Below are positions 1 to 12,864 of a stretch of DNA of 64,000 nt, piece by piece. A program made the position numbers and the translations under genes. The stretch spans positions 19,034,001 to 19,098,000 of the forward strand of contig OX597821.1 of assembly GCA_951406725.2 (NCBI GenBank). The letters run 5' to 3'. The stretch comes from Octopus vulgaris. Its lineage: Eukaryota. The notes beneath the pieces were generated by a model that was not told the DNA's origin, made no database searches, and was given only the letters and a program-made list of their open reading frames with translations. Numbering within the stretch: position 1 is the first letter of the stretch; each line of letters starts with the position of its first letter.

Positions 1-139
1 TTTGGTGTTAGTTTTGGTGGCCGAAATAAGATTACGATTAATGTAAAAAATAAATAACGCTGAAGATAAGTAACACCAAATATATAGTGCGTGTGTTTTA
101 TTGGCTAAACTGGCCAAATGACCATTCCTAAATACAACG

Positions 140-140
<1 letters not shown>

Positions 141-203
<63 letters not shown>
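141..203. repeat. (TA)n microsatellite, one of many (others near 3280, 4086, 6525, 15206, 22590, 24274-24720, 28092, 32378, 56710)
   Basis: Directly visible dinucleotide run. Confidence 0.98.
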
Positions 204-206
<3 letters not shown>

Positions 207-936
207 CAAATGTTGCAACTTCACGATCTTAACTATTCTACTGTTATACTGGCTATACGAACACAGCATTTCGTAGGGTCACATGCATTTTCAGCATGGT
301 GAAATTGCAATACAATACAATTATCGGACATAAAATGGAGGTAGATAAAAAAAAAACATTAACAGATGCTCAATGTATGAAGTTTCTCACAAGAACGGAT
401 GCTTAATTGTGGAGTTAAATTAAACTAAGGGCGTATAAAATGTACGAACTGTGTAAAAACGTGACTGATGACGTTTACACCAAGGTACCTGATTTCTTGA
501 AACTCTAACGAGTAACGTATGGCGCCATAAAGTCTCCATAAACTCCATATTATCATGAATTGATTTCCCTCCTGTCTTTAAGGAGATAATTATATATTGA
601 ACCAAGGTATTTTTTCAACAAGCGTCAAAATAATATATTTGCTAGAGCGAGCACGTTTAATGTGGTAAATGCAAAATGTAACTTACATACATACGAGTGT
701 ATTCTGCTACATACATCACTTGATACACACGCATACACATCAGGCATCTACGTCTACGCACTGATGCCTGTGTTACACACACACACACACACCCAAGCGG
801 GTCCATGTATCTGATGGTCCGCAAGTGCCTTAAAAAAACTGGCCAGATAGCAAGAAGCCACCGGTTTCCTGTCCAGAAATGCGGTCTAGAAAATCTAATT
901 CTCAATGCATCCGTTGAGCCGAATCAAACTGTCTTA

Positions 937-939
<3 letters not shown>

Positions 940-981
<42 letters not shown>

Positions 982-1033
982 GCTACCAGTACTACTACTA
1001 CTACTACTACTACTGCTGCTGCTTCTGGTGCTG

Positions 1034-1093
<60 letters not shown>
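940..1093. repeat. (ACT)n trinucleotide microsatellite
   Basis: Directly visible; explains the poly-Thr and poly-Val ORFs. Confidence 0.97.
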
Positions 1094-1109
1094 TACACAG
1101 AAACACACA

Positions 1110-1560
1110 CACCGTCATCGTCGTCGGCACCTACACATGTCAGAGCTTACTTCATCTGGTGCCGCTATGATGCTTAAACCTGACATGGCTCAGAAAACCA
1201 AGTTGGGAATGGAACAGACTCAGGCGTTAATCGCATGGCAGGGCGGGAGGTGGTTTTGGCTGGAGTTGCCGGGCCTTCTTTTTGCTTCATCTTCAGTTTT
1301 TCTCCTCTCCTCAAAAGTGGAACAACCAAACTGAATCGCTCTTCGCAAAGATGGATGGTTGGCGGCTTCTGTTTCCTTGGTGTCATAGCTGATGCTGGCT
1401 TCAAGGAGGGAAAACTTCAGTTAGTTTCTGAATCTACGTTTTGGAGCTTCTTGATGTTGTTTAACGTTATCGAGCCCGCTGTAAAGGATAGTCCGTGCGA
1501 GTCTTGAAGGAGCCGTTCGCACGACATATCCGGACCATGTGGAAGACTTCCTTGTTGATG
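1110..1560 (-). mobile_element. Decayed 3' end of an RTE (BovB-like) LINE ORF
   Basis: Minus frame reads WSGYVVRTAPSRLARTILYSGLDNVKQHQEAPKRRFRN*LKFSLLEASIS..AANHPSLRRAIQFGCSTFEERRK, matching the RTE C-terminal pattern W.GHV.RM...R.P..IL..EL..G.R..G.P..R.KD. Confidence 0.75.
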
Positions 1561-1821
1561 TATCATCGCTCCTCCTATTTACTGTTAAAGATCTGTATGT
1601 ATGTATTATATATTGACAGATACATTTATAGATACTTAGATAGATATATTTAGATATGAATACGTAATTACATATATACATGTATGTATATATACCCATA
1701 CACCAATTTATACATATGCATATATGTGTGCGCATGTGTGTGTATGCATACATGAATATGCATACACCTATATATGTGTAAGAATATATATGTTTATATA
1801 TACGCATATATATATGAATGT

Positions 1822-2310
1822 CTTCCGGGTACCACTCGACAACTGCGTGCGTCCACCGATTATCGGTGAGCCGGGCGACGTATCCAGCCCATCTATACTT
1901 GCTCCGTGTATACTCTGCGATGACATCTCTCACGCTGGACTTCTTTCAGATGATCTCGCTACTTATGAGATACCAAGCATTGACCTATCCATGGCTCTTT
2001 GAGCCGTTACCAGTCTTTGCTCTTCTCTCTTTGTGATAGCCCATGTTTCACTACCATATAACATTGCAGGCAGAACTGCACTGTTAATGAGGTTGGCGCG
2101 GGTGGTCCTGTCCAACCTTCCCTTTAGCACATCCCTTATGCCATTGAAAAGACCACCCGGAAGACCTCCACGACGGTGGAGTTACGATTTCAGGAGGACG
2201 ATTGGGATCACGTGGATGAGAAAGGCGCGATCCAGAGAGGAGTGGACAGCGTGCTGTGACCAGAGGTGTCAAATGGACGCCTGACGCACTGGTCGGTTAA
2301 GGTGAAGGGG
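1822..2310 (+). mobile_element. 5'-truncated, 5'-inverted RTE-clade LINE insertion with 12-bp TSD
   Basis: 1822-2149 minus: FNGIRDVLKGRLDRTTRANLINSAVLPAMLYGSETWAITK..RWAGYVARLTDNRWTHAVVEWYP; 2147-2284 plus: KRPPGRPPRRW..WMRKARSREEW; TSD ATATATGAATGT at 1810-1821 and 2311-2322. Confidence 0.9.
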
Positions 2311-2907
2311 ATATATGAATGTGTGTGTATATATATGTATATATATATATATACTCACACATTTAAACCCACATATATATCATGTGCATGCATCCACACA
2401 ATAATTTAGTCACAGTCCATAAAAGAGTGATTATAGAAGGGAGAGATATAAATAGTTAAAATAGATAGATAGAAGGATAGACGTAGAGACTAATACCTTT
2501 AAACAGAAAAGTCACAGATAAACACCTGTCGAAAACATCAATGAACCGAACAACCATACAATTAAAGCAGTTAGACATAACGAAATAATGTTCCTTTGAA
2601 ATATAACTAAACAGATTAGTTGAGTTGAATGTGACAGAACGTGTGGAAAATCTAAAAACGGTTTCGCTGCATTTTATGCAATGTGTGCGTGTGTGAGCAT
2701 GAGTGAGGAGTGTGAGTGAATGTGTGTGTGAGTATGTGTGTGTGTGTCGTGTGTGTGTGTGTGTGTTTTCGGATGTATGCGGCATAAAATACTAGAAACC
2801 TGATTCGAGATCAGTTGTTCCATATGTTGTGTTTATAAAGCAGTAATAATCTATTTAATTTCACTTCCGTATCTGTCTCCGCCGTATTCTATTGCTATCT
2901 ATCTATC

Positions 2908-2939
<32 letters not shown>

Positions 2940-2940
2940 C

Positions 2941-3204
2941 AACAATTGCAGCGTGGAAGGTGTTTATAAGCCATTTAAGAAACACACAAAAGCCGTTCGA
3001 TTCACTTCAACATTTAAGTTTAATTTGTCAAAATATTTTCGTCGCTGAAATACGCGACCTGTTCACTGACAAAAATCAGTGAACAGGTCGCGGATTTTAG
3101 CGACGAAAATATTTTGACAAATTAAACTTAAAAGTTGAAGTGAATCGAACGGCTTTTGTGTGTTTCTTAAATGGCTTATAAACACCTTCCAAGCTGCAAT
3201 TGTT
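2941..3204. repeat. Long palindrome (~128-bp arms), probably an inverted Penelope-like pseudo-LTR
   Basis: 2941-3069 is the reverse complement of 3076-3204 with few mismatches; each arm carries a hammerhead-like fold. Confidence 0.9.
3024..3073 (-). ncRNA. Candidate variant hammerhead ribozyme (G3-C8 core)
   Basis: Minus: TTTGTCA-GTGAACA-G-GTCGC-gtatttca-GCGAC-GAAA-ATAT-TT-TGACAAA; helix I 7 bp, helix II 5 bp. Confidence 0.55.
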
Positions 3205-3276
3205 TTCGTTCCAGCACACGATCTCAGATCAAATCACTTGCTATGCGAGTACATCCCCTACATATATATATATATG

Positions 3277-3385
<109 letters not shown>

Positions 3386-4080
3386 GAATATATATATATG
3401 AACGCGTGCAGATGTTATTTATTTGTATATTACCACCTATGCTAAGAACAGAGTTTTAACTGTAACATCCTTTTACCTATCAATCGACCATCAAGATAAA
3501 CAAATGTAAGGGGACACACACACATACACACTCATATATGCTGACATGAATACATATATATTTTACACACACACACACACGAAATCATCGATGATCTGAT
3601 ACTCCTTGCCTGCTATAGGAAGGCTCTTCTCTCTTGTGAGTTAATGGATAAAGTCTTTACCGGTGGTTAAAAGTGTGTTTGACTTTTATTTCTAGCAATG
3701 CTAGTGACTATTTTGCTTGTACCTTATAGTCTTTAAGTTGTGAATAGCCATGATTGAGCGCTAAAGCCACGAGTCTTTTTTTATTCTCTTTCTGGTTATA
3801 TCATCGTGTTCCTTTCTGTTGAAGAGCGTAGGCTTAAAACGTAAAATACTTTTTTACCTTCCCAAGCGTCACACTACTACACCTGATTGTTGTTTATACA
3901 CCCGTCTTCGTTCTTTGTTTTTCTGTAAATTTCAGCTATATATATTGTACATAATGCATAGTCGTATCTCGTGTGGAAATAAAAACCATCACCTACTGAA
4001 ACGATAGTAACATAGATTTCAATTTGTATTTTCTTCATTATAATTAAATATGAGTATTTTTGTGTATATGTATATGTATG

Positions 4081-4147
<67 letters not shown>

Positions 4148-4860
4148 AATGAGGGTGTCTGAGAGACACCACCATGCCGAAATAGCAGTCGAAACTCTGA
4201 CTATAAAAACCACGTTAAATGTTCATATCGTACCATGAGATCAGACAGAGGGACAAAATAGACAAGCAAAAGTTATTGAATAATTCAAGATCCAGGATTT
4301 CTGGTTTTGCTTTAATTAAGCTTTACCGTCATCGGTTGAATATATCAAGAGTACATAAATACAGATATATATATGCAGAACAAACGATATACTTACATAT
4401 AGGAACGTCCATACATACATGGCCGTGTGCATACATACATATGTATGTATGTATGGGCGTTCGTATATGTAAGTATATCGATACATTATAACAGCGTTCT
4501 TAATGCAGGTGGTTCTCATGTTGGGAATGCGTCCAGTGAATGTCCAGATAATGGTCAGTTAATGTCCAGTAATATTATTGAAATATCAGTGCGGCAAATG
4601 ATCAAATGTTAGTACTTTTATGTCGTACATATGTCCACGTAATGGTCAGTTAATGATTAGTTGAAACATTGAAGCTGTTACAGCGATGGGGGTTAGACAG
4701 GAGTATATTCATGTTGGAGATGTGTCCAGTGATTGTCAGTTGGTGTATTAAATTACGGATACAGCAAATGGTCGGATAGACTTAATATTGATTCAGATTA
4801 TCTCGGGAATTTTCACTCAAGCCGACCCACGTTTCATTACATACACATACATACATGCAT

Positions 4861-4921
<61 letters not shown>

Positions 4922-5038
4922 CATATATATAATGTTTGTTCTTAGGGTAGTAACCATGTGAAAGTATTAACCAGCCGTGAAATTTGATTTCCTTGCATTT
5001 CGTTATTTCACACACTCTCAAAGTCAAAGTCACACATA

Positions 5039-6309
5039 CGAGGGAGGTTCAATAAGTAATGCCTCTGACCCACTTGCAGTTGTTTGATCTAGCTGAAAGT
5101 TTGCATGTGCAATTATTTATATCTCTATAGATTAAGTGGCAAATTACAGCTCTGAACTAATTGTGGTTTCTGATTTACAGGTGTTTGAACTGAGTCAAGT
5201 GTGAAATGGAGCCTGTTGAGTGTCGAGCAGTGATCCGGTTTTTGTATTTGAAAGGACGCACACCACGGGAGACTTTTGATGAAATGAAAGTAACTTATGG
5301 TGATGATACCCCATCATATGACCTTGTAAAACGCTGGCATCGTGAATTCAAACATAGTCGGAACTCTGTGGAAACAGCTCCCAGATCTGGTCGCCCCCCT
5401 TTTGCCATTGATGAGGCATATGTCCGTCAGGTTGAGGCTGCCATTTTGGAAGATCGACGCATAACTATTCGCCAAATAGCCCATGAGGTCAAGATTAGTA
5501 CCGGGTCTGTGGAAACTATCATTCATGACCATTTGCATATGCAAAAGGTGTCTGCCAGATGGATTTCCAGGCTGCTCACATCTTTCCAGAAGCAAGAACG
5601 CGTCGAGTGCTCGAGGGTGAATTTGGAGATGTGCCAAGAAGATGAGTCAAAATCTTTCAAAAGACTGATTACACAGGATGAAACCTGCGTCCATCACGAT
5701 GATCCAGAGACCAAAGCCCAGTCAATGCAGTGGAAGCACCGTGACTCACCTCCTCTAAAGAAGGCAAGGGTGCAGCCCTCCACTGGCAAGGTCATGCTCA
5801 CAGTCTTCTGGGACCAGGACGGAGTAGTGACGACAGATTTCCTGGCAAAGGGTACCACAAATACAGGAGCCTATTATGCTTCACTTTTGAGGAAATTAAG
5901 AGAAGCTATCAAAATCAAGAGGTGGGGCAAGATCAGCAAAGGCATCCTCCTCCTGCAGGACAACGCTCCGGTCCACAACTCGCTTGTCGCCAAATCAGAA
6001 GCACAGGCGTGCAGCTATGGACTCCTCCCCTTGCACCCTCTGATTTTCACCTCTTCCCAGCCATGAAGTTGTTTTTGAAAGGAAAGTGTTTCCCAGATGA
6101 TGCAGCCTTGATTTCTGAAGTCACGTCGTGGTCAGAGGACCAAGCTGGGGTCTTCTACAAAAATGGTCTCCATAGCTGCATTAAAGGATGGGAGAAATGC
6201 GTTACTCTGGGTGGTTCTTATGTAGAAAACGACTGATAACTGTGCCAACTTTCGTTGCTCTACTGCTATGGAAAGTGGGTCAGGGGCATTACTTATTGAA
6301 CGCCCCTCG
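5039..6309 (+). mobile_element. Near full-length mariner (Tc1/mariner) transposon, 1271 bp
   Basis: TIRs CGAGGGAGGTTCAATAAGTAATGCCTCTGACCCACT / AGTGGGTCAGGGGCATTACTTATTGAACGCCCCTCG; TA on both sides (5037-38, 6310-11). Confidence 0.97.
5206..6236 (+). pseudogene. Mariner transposase with frameshift/deletion near 6030
   Basis: HTH, RSGRP, KVSARWISRLL (WVPR-like), ITQDET, LLQDNAPVH, then LAPSDFHLF in another frame; YSPD part of the motif lost. Confidence 0.95.
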
Positions 6310-6520
6310 TAGCAATTATATATCGTACTTCTCCATACACACAAGTGCATAATTACAATGATATATCCGCACACATATTTTATAATATGCGTGTGTATGC
6401 ATTATATATATTTTTATTTATGCATATACACGCTCATATATTTATATGCATCTCTCTCTCTCTCATTCTCTCTCTTTCTCTCTCTCTCTATATATATATA
6501 TATATCTATCTATCTATATA

Positions 6521-6581
<61 letters not shown>

Positions 6582-6691
6582 GGTATTATTATATACTCAA
6601 CAAATGCAGCAGTTACTCTATGAAGGAGTCCCTAATTTGCACACCGAAAATGTTCAACACTTTATAAATACCAGCGGCCTATCAACGGGGA

Positions 6692-6757
<66 letters not shown>

Positions 6758-7074
6758 ATCTATCTATATAGATAGATATATATATATACGAATATATATA
6801 TGAACGCGTGCAGATGTTGCGCCTCAGCCTCGTGGTGACCAGTAGCCATTTTTAAAAATAAAAATGGCTAAAATACAACACGAGGCCTACGAGAATTTTT
6901 AAAATTTTGCTCACAAAGGGCGAAATTTGGTGTGGATATTAGTCAAAGTTTGCAGCGGATGTTGTTGCACAACTTTTAAACACAAAATATTTAACAATAA
7001 ACACTTTTGAACGTATAAAATGACCAACTTACTTGGAGCCCATTTGACTTGCGTCTGTATATATATATATATAA

Positions 7075-7262
7075 TACAGGAACAACAGAAACAGGAAGAA
7101 AAAGTGAGAGAAAGTCGTGGTGAGGGAGTACAGCAGGGTCTACCAACACCCCTGCCAGAGGTCGTGGAGGTGTTTTCGTTCAATAGACACTCACATCGCC
7201 CGGTTCGGGAATCGAAACTGCGATCCCACGACCGCGCTGCCATAACTACTGGACCATTGCAC

Positions 7263-7265
<3 letters not shown>
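7075..7265 (-). mobile_element. tRNA-derived SINE fragment, same family as 41093
   Basis: Minus GCAATGGTCCAGTAGTTATGGCAGCG..GGATCGCAGTTTCGATTCCCGAACCGGGCG with A/B-box-like motifs; body matches 41093-41253. Confidence 0.75.
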
Positions 7266-7308
<43 letters not shown>

Positions 7309-7429
7309 ACACACACGCATACACACATACACACACACATACACACACACAAATATATATATATATATTTTTTTTTTTTATCTTGCAATGTGCATTTTCG
7401 TTGATTTTTCATATCTTACCCTTACATTT

Positions 7430-7813
7430 CCAGTCATTTGACTGCGGCCATGCTGGAGCACCGCCTTTAGTTGAGCAAATCAGCCCCAGGACTTATTCTT
7501 TGTAAACCTAGTACTTGCTCCATCGGTCTTTTTTGCCGAACCGCTAAGTAACGGGGACGTAAACAAACCACCATCGGTTGTCAAGCGATGTTGGGGGGAC
7601 AAACACAGACACACAAACACACACATACATATATATATATACATATATACGACGGGCTTCTTTTCAGTTTCTGTCTACCAAATCCACTCACAAGGCATTG
7701 GTCGGCCCGAGGCTATAGTAGAAGACACTTGCCCAAGGTGCCACGCAGTGGGACTGAACCCGGGACCATGTGGTTGGTAAGCAAGCTACTTACCACACAG
7801 CCACTCCTGCGCC
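7430..7813 (-). mobile_element. tRNA-derived SINE family B (CORE-like middle, internal microsatellite)
   Basis: Reverse complement of the 9809-10258 copy. Confidence 0.9.
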
Positions 7814-8189
7814 TTGTTGTTTAGGATCTTTAATATTTTTATTATATTTCAATGGTGGCTAGCTAAATGAATAAGCTGGTTCTATAGAGGAATCTATTTC
7901 TAGTATCGGAATATAATAATTCACCTTTCAGTTAGGATGTCAGCCTTAAAATCCAAACAGTTGGAGATGATGTTTTTAAATCGCCACTTGCGTCTTAATA
8001 GTGAGCTCCTGCATTGTTAAAGTAATTTGTATCAGATAAGATAGTGCACAATATCGCTGTATTGGGTTAAATTATTTAAGATGGCTCGTGGATGGTTCGA
8101 CTCCTTATACATGTACAATAAAATTTAATTAATTTTTCTTGATAGGGTAGTTTTGCCAGATATCTTGAAATCAAGATTAATGTCAATAA

Positions 8190-8527
8190 GGCGGCGAGCT
8201 GGCAGAAACGTTAGCGTGCCGGGCGCAATGCTTAGTGGTATTTTGTCTGCCGCTACGTTCTGAGTTCAAATTCCGCCGCAGTCAACTTTGCCTTTCATCC
8301 TTTGAGGTCGATAAATTAAGTACCTGTTACGCACTGGGTCGATGTTATCGACTTAAACCGTTTGCCTGTCCTTGTTTGTCCCCTCTGTGTGTAGCCCCTT
8401 GTGGGTAGTAAAGAAATAGGTATTTCATCTGCCGCTACGTTCTGAGTTCAAATTCCGCCGCAGTCAACTTTGCCTTTCATCCTTTGAGGTCGATAAATTA
8501 AGTACCAGTTACGTACTGGGGTTGATC
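8190..8527 (+). mobile_element. tRNA-derived SINE family A with partial tandem duplication (8419-8527)
   Basis: GGCGGCGAGCTGGCAGAAACGTTAGC head, GAGTTCAAATTCC B-box, GCCTTTCATCCTTT..GGTCGATAAATTAAGTACC (Nin/Deu-like core), tail GCCCCTTGTGGGTAGTAAAGAAAT. Confidence 0.9.
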
Positions 8528-9494
8528 TAAAAATTTGGGGCCTAGTGCCTAGAATAGGAAAGAATATTAATGCCAATAATTTTAATATTTTGAGGCTATT
8601 GCTTATTATCAAAAACTCAATGGCAAATCATTATGTAAATAAGATATCTCTACTCAGTTCATTTCCCTCGGCTTCAGTTATAAATGCATTTGTTCTCTCA
8701 TTCCACTCTTTATATCAGAAAAACAAAAATGTTGAGCAAATTTGGAAGTTACTGTAGAACTACGATTACATAACACCCTGTGCAGTATATGTAGTAATGT
8801 AATCAAAAATATTATATTAATATTCATATTCATATTCTAAAAATAGGAAATAGCAATAATAGACACACAAAATTCAATTAGACAGTGGGAAAATGGTGAT
8901 GCAAATTGACAGAAATAGAAGAAACAAATAGATCGGTTTGACCTGGGAGGTGAACGCATGCAGGCAACCACTTCTAAGAAACGCAGGCTGTTGTAATAGC
9001 AATATAATCAGCAGAGAGAAGCAGCGTGTCTCTGAGCTAATGGTCGTAGTATGCTGCTACTTGAATCATTGCCAATGAGAAAATTTTGTGTGTTCTAGGA
9101 TGTCTGTGCCTGTGAAAGTAGCTCTACCCTATATATATATATATATATATGTTCTATATAATGTGAAAATAAATATCAATTATGATCCTACTTTAAACCT
9201 ACTTTAGACATTTGGGCGAAGTGACTATTGCCTAAAAGTATAACAAATGTTTTCTTCTTTTTTCTTTGTTTTTAGAAATATATGTATTAAGCTTCTAGAT
9301 TTAACAGATAAAGCTCCATGTTTACAATATTATCGTATGCATTTGAAAAAGTCTTGTGTAATTGTCCAGCAATAACAGTTGGTAAAAACGACCTTACTAT
9401 CTCCTTGACAGTAACATAGGAGATCTCAAAGTTGTGGTTTAGACACTAGCAGTAATAAGTATACAACTGGATAGTTATTTTAATATCAATATTC

Positions 9495-9750
9495 CAGTGT
9501 TTGCGCTTGGCTGTTGTTTAACTATTTCAAACAAGACCTCATCTTTCACAGCAGAAGGTCTCCCTGAATTTGGTTTTCCTTCGAGGCTGGTGTCATCTTC
9601 CTTCAAACGTCTGAGCCATTTTTGTGTTACGTCATTGCCTTCCACGTCATTAATTTCTTTTGCGGCTGCCTGTGCATGCGGTCCTTTTTCCTACGGGAAG
9701 CATAAAATGGCCCTTATTGTGATTTTATCACCTCTTATTATCAAAGCTTA
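9495..9750 (-). mobile_element. Mariner transposase N-terminal (HTH) remnant
   Basis: Minus frame KEINDVEGNDVTQKWLRRLKEDDTSLEGKPNSGRPSAVKDEVLFEIVKQQP. Confidence 0.75.
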
Positions 9751-9808
9751 CAAATAAAGAATAGGCAATCAATATTTATGTGTTATATATCTAAATAAAG
9801 GATAAATA

Positions 9809-9973
9809 GGCGCAGGAGTGGCTGTGTGGTAAGTAGCTTGCTAACCAATCACATGGTTCCGGGTTCAGACCCACTGCGTGGCATCCTGGGCAAGTGTCTT
9901 CTGCTATAGCCCCGGGCCAACCAATGCCTTGTGAGTAGATTTGGTAGACGGAAACTGAAAGAACCCTGTCGTA

Positions 9974-10048
<75 letters not shown>

Positions 10049-10258
10049 ATGTGTTTGTTTGTCTGTGTTTGTCCCCTTAGCATTGTTTGACAACCGATGC
10101 TGGTGTGTTTACGTCCCCGTAACTTAGCCGTTCGGCAAAACAGAACGATAGAATAAGTACTGGGCTTAAAAAGAATAAGTCCTGGGGTCGATTTGCTCGA
10201 CTAAAGGCGGTGCTCCAGCATGGCCACAGTCAAAGGACTGAAACAAGTAAAAGAGTAT
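9809..10258 (+). mobile_element. tRNA-derived SINE family B, full length
   Basis: GGCGCAGGAGTGGCTGTGTGGTAAG A-box, GGTTCAGACCC B-box, CTGGGCAAGTGTCTT core, (TA)n(TG)n insert, tail GGCGGTGCTCCAGCATGGCC..GAAACAAGTAAAAGAGTA. Confidence 0.92.
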
Positions 10259-11355
10259 AATCAATTCAGCAACGACTGGACAGCAAGTTGTATTGAATTC
10301 GTGATACTACATTGGGATACAAGTTGTCAAAGAATCATCAGTGAAAATCTGACAACTCTTTTGACTCAACCTGGTATGCATGCCTGTGTGCCTATATGTA
10401 TTTTCACGTACGCATGTATGAATGCATATGTATGTATTTATGCATGCAAATATGTATCTATATTCCATTTTTGCAACTGATTGCCAATGGACATGTTCTA
10501 AGAATCTGTTAGGAGCAAAAAATATTATCCAATAAAGGCGATACCAACCTTGACACTTCCATAACCTGCTTTTGACATGCTACAACATGACATTGACATA
10601 TTTGAACCACTACGCCATTAATACGGTAACTTCTCTCTTCCTCTTCTGATGCTAAAACCCTGTGTCCTGCCCCACTGAAATAGCTACCGTCATATATTCT
10701 TCGAAACCCGTCCTTACAACGTCCCTCCTCTTCCTCTTACATCTTGTCTTTTTCTTCCTTCTTTCCCTCTTACTCTTAAATCATATTCTATATCCTGTCT
10801 TAAACACTTACCTCCAATTCCCTCAAACTATGTTTATAAATCTTTAGAATCTTTAGAAGTCGTAAGACTGCAGATATCGAACTGTATATATTAAAAGTAT
10901 AAACATCACTGTCACCAGCATCACTGCTCTGGGAATGATTGAAGAGTTTATTGTCGCTGCTTCTCACCTTTCTAACTTTAGAAACAACTGCAAGGTATCA
11001 GTGTAGCCATTTCTATCACACAAACATAGACGGGTTTATATATTTGTTTCTCGTTATATTGCAATAATAACGTATATTATTACTCGTGTGTTCGTTGATA
11101 ACGTTACGTCACAGTCATGCCTCCAGGATACATGAAGGGTTAAAGGAGTCGCATGTTATATATACATATATGCATGTATCAGTATGAGAGCATATGAATG
11201 CGTACACATATGATCCCACATAATACACATATATCACACAGGATACACACCACTTGTCTATATGCTTACAAACGAATAAAATTGCAAAATAAGCAATAAC
11301 ATTAAGGTTTGGAGTGAAGTTTGAATGTTGATGTTCAAAAGATAAATAAGCTTAC

Positions 11356-11493
11356 TTGAGAGATGTCTACAATAATATGAAACGGTGCCAAATACCAGTG
11401 CAAATATGTTGGCACTTATCATAACTTGTTTGTTTGCTGCGGTGTCCGTCTGTGTGTTTTTTTTTGTCAAGTGTAAAATATTGTATATTTGTA
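11356..11493 (-). CDS. Candidate 138-bp internal exon of an unidentified, possibly membrane, protein
   Basis: Pyrimidine-rich tract ending TACCTTAG; open frame QIYNILHLTKKNTQTDTAANKQVMISANIFALVFGTVSYYCRHLS; donor AA|GTAAGC; phase 1-1. Confidence 0.35.
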
Positions 11494-11684
11494 CTAAGGT
11501 ACACGTACAATGTGAAAGGCAAGTAAAGAAAAAAACAAATAATGTTCTCTTCAAAAACATAGTTAACAAACATACGTAGAGACAGTGCCAAAAGTCAAGA
11601 AGGGGTTTCAATATTTAATAACTCCTCTATTTTTTGTTTTAGATTTATAATATACATACATACATACATACATACATACATACA

Positions 11685-11732
<48 letters not shown>

Positions 11733-11738
11733 CATACA

Positions 11739-11788
<50 letters not shown>

Positions 11789-11876
11789 AATATGTATATA
11801 TATATATAAAGATATATATATAATTATTTATGTATATATATGAATATATATATATGCATGTATATATGTATCCATA

Positions 11877-11910
<34 letters not shown>

Positions 11911-12474
11911 AATAATGAGGAAGATAGATTGAATATTAATTTAATTAATATCAATTTAAAATCAGTAGCCTAGCATACAAAAATCTGAAGAATCAGAGAA
12001 AATTCTAATACACGTGTATATTCTAAGGGCTAAAAAACAATATATATTTATATATACTGTATATGACAATCATATTGTAAATCTAAAACAAAAAGTAAGG
12101 GAAAGTGTATGGCTCGTGTAAAAAAATATTCAAAGAAAATAAAAAACAGAAAAAAGTAAAGTAATTAGCAAATTTCAACTTCCTTCGTGACTTTGGCGCT
12201 AGCTTGTTTATTTCAATGACACAGCCCACACCTGTGCATCGGGACTTTAAAAGGTGTCGCAATTAACAGTGTTTCGGCAATAAGGACATTGCATGACTTA
12301 CAAGTGTTTTAATACATTATAGTTATGTAGGTAGTGTTAAGCTTACTGGGAATTAGATTCACATCTCAGGTTTAAAAATGTAGTCTATCATTCCCTTTAT
12401 TTATTGAATACTGCGATAATCACCGTGCTCTGTGACCCATTCTGGCGATCAACTGATTTGAAATAAAGCGAAAA

Positions 12475-12766
12475 TCTTTATATATAAAAGTAAGGTTGTG
12501 TGTCTGTCTCCTACGATTTAGATTCCTAACTACTCCCACATTTTGCGGTGCAGTGTAACCAAAACCGGGTATCTTATAGTCGTGATTATATAAGGGAAGT
12601 AACTCTCTAAAAATGTCTACGATGAGTCAACGATTTAAAAAAAATTTACCATAATTTTTTTCCCATTTTTAATGCATTTTTTGCTATTTTTTGGCCATAA
12701 CTCTCTAAAAATGCTTATATAGTTATTTCCCTTACAAACCCGAGCAACGCCGGGCGATACTGCTAG
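12475..12766 (+). mobile_element. Non-autonomous Helitron (family H1), internally deleted
   Basis: A|TC 5' end, 3' hairpin CCCGagcaacgcCGGG then CTAG|T; matches 20350, 24763, 28947. Confidence 0.9.
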
Positions 12767-12864
12767 TGATATATAAAATTGTGACTAATAAGTTAGCCTG
12801 TTTGTTAATAATTGGAGGTAAACCGTAATAATATGTGTTAGCGTGACATAAGAAGTAATATACT

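Noticed and set aside
805-1170. Poly-Thr/Val, YIYI, THTH and poly-E/K/R ORFs throughout the track
   Set aside because: Translations of (ACT)n, (TA)n, (CA)n and (CTT)n microsatellites
3810-3850. Hammerhead-like CTGTTGAAGAGCGTAGGCTTAAAACG
   Set aside because: GAAA box and core too degraded to support from this copy
5206-6066. SETMAR-like domesticated gene
   Set aside because: No SET domain, TIRs and TA TSD present, catalytic region frameshifted
10899-10994. Plus-strand exon INITVTSITALGMIEEFIVAASHLSNFRNNCK
   Set aside because: Weak acceptor, no recognisable homology, no supporting partner exons
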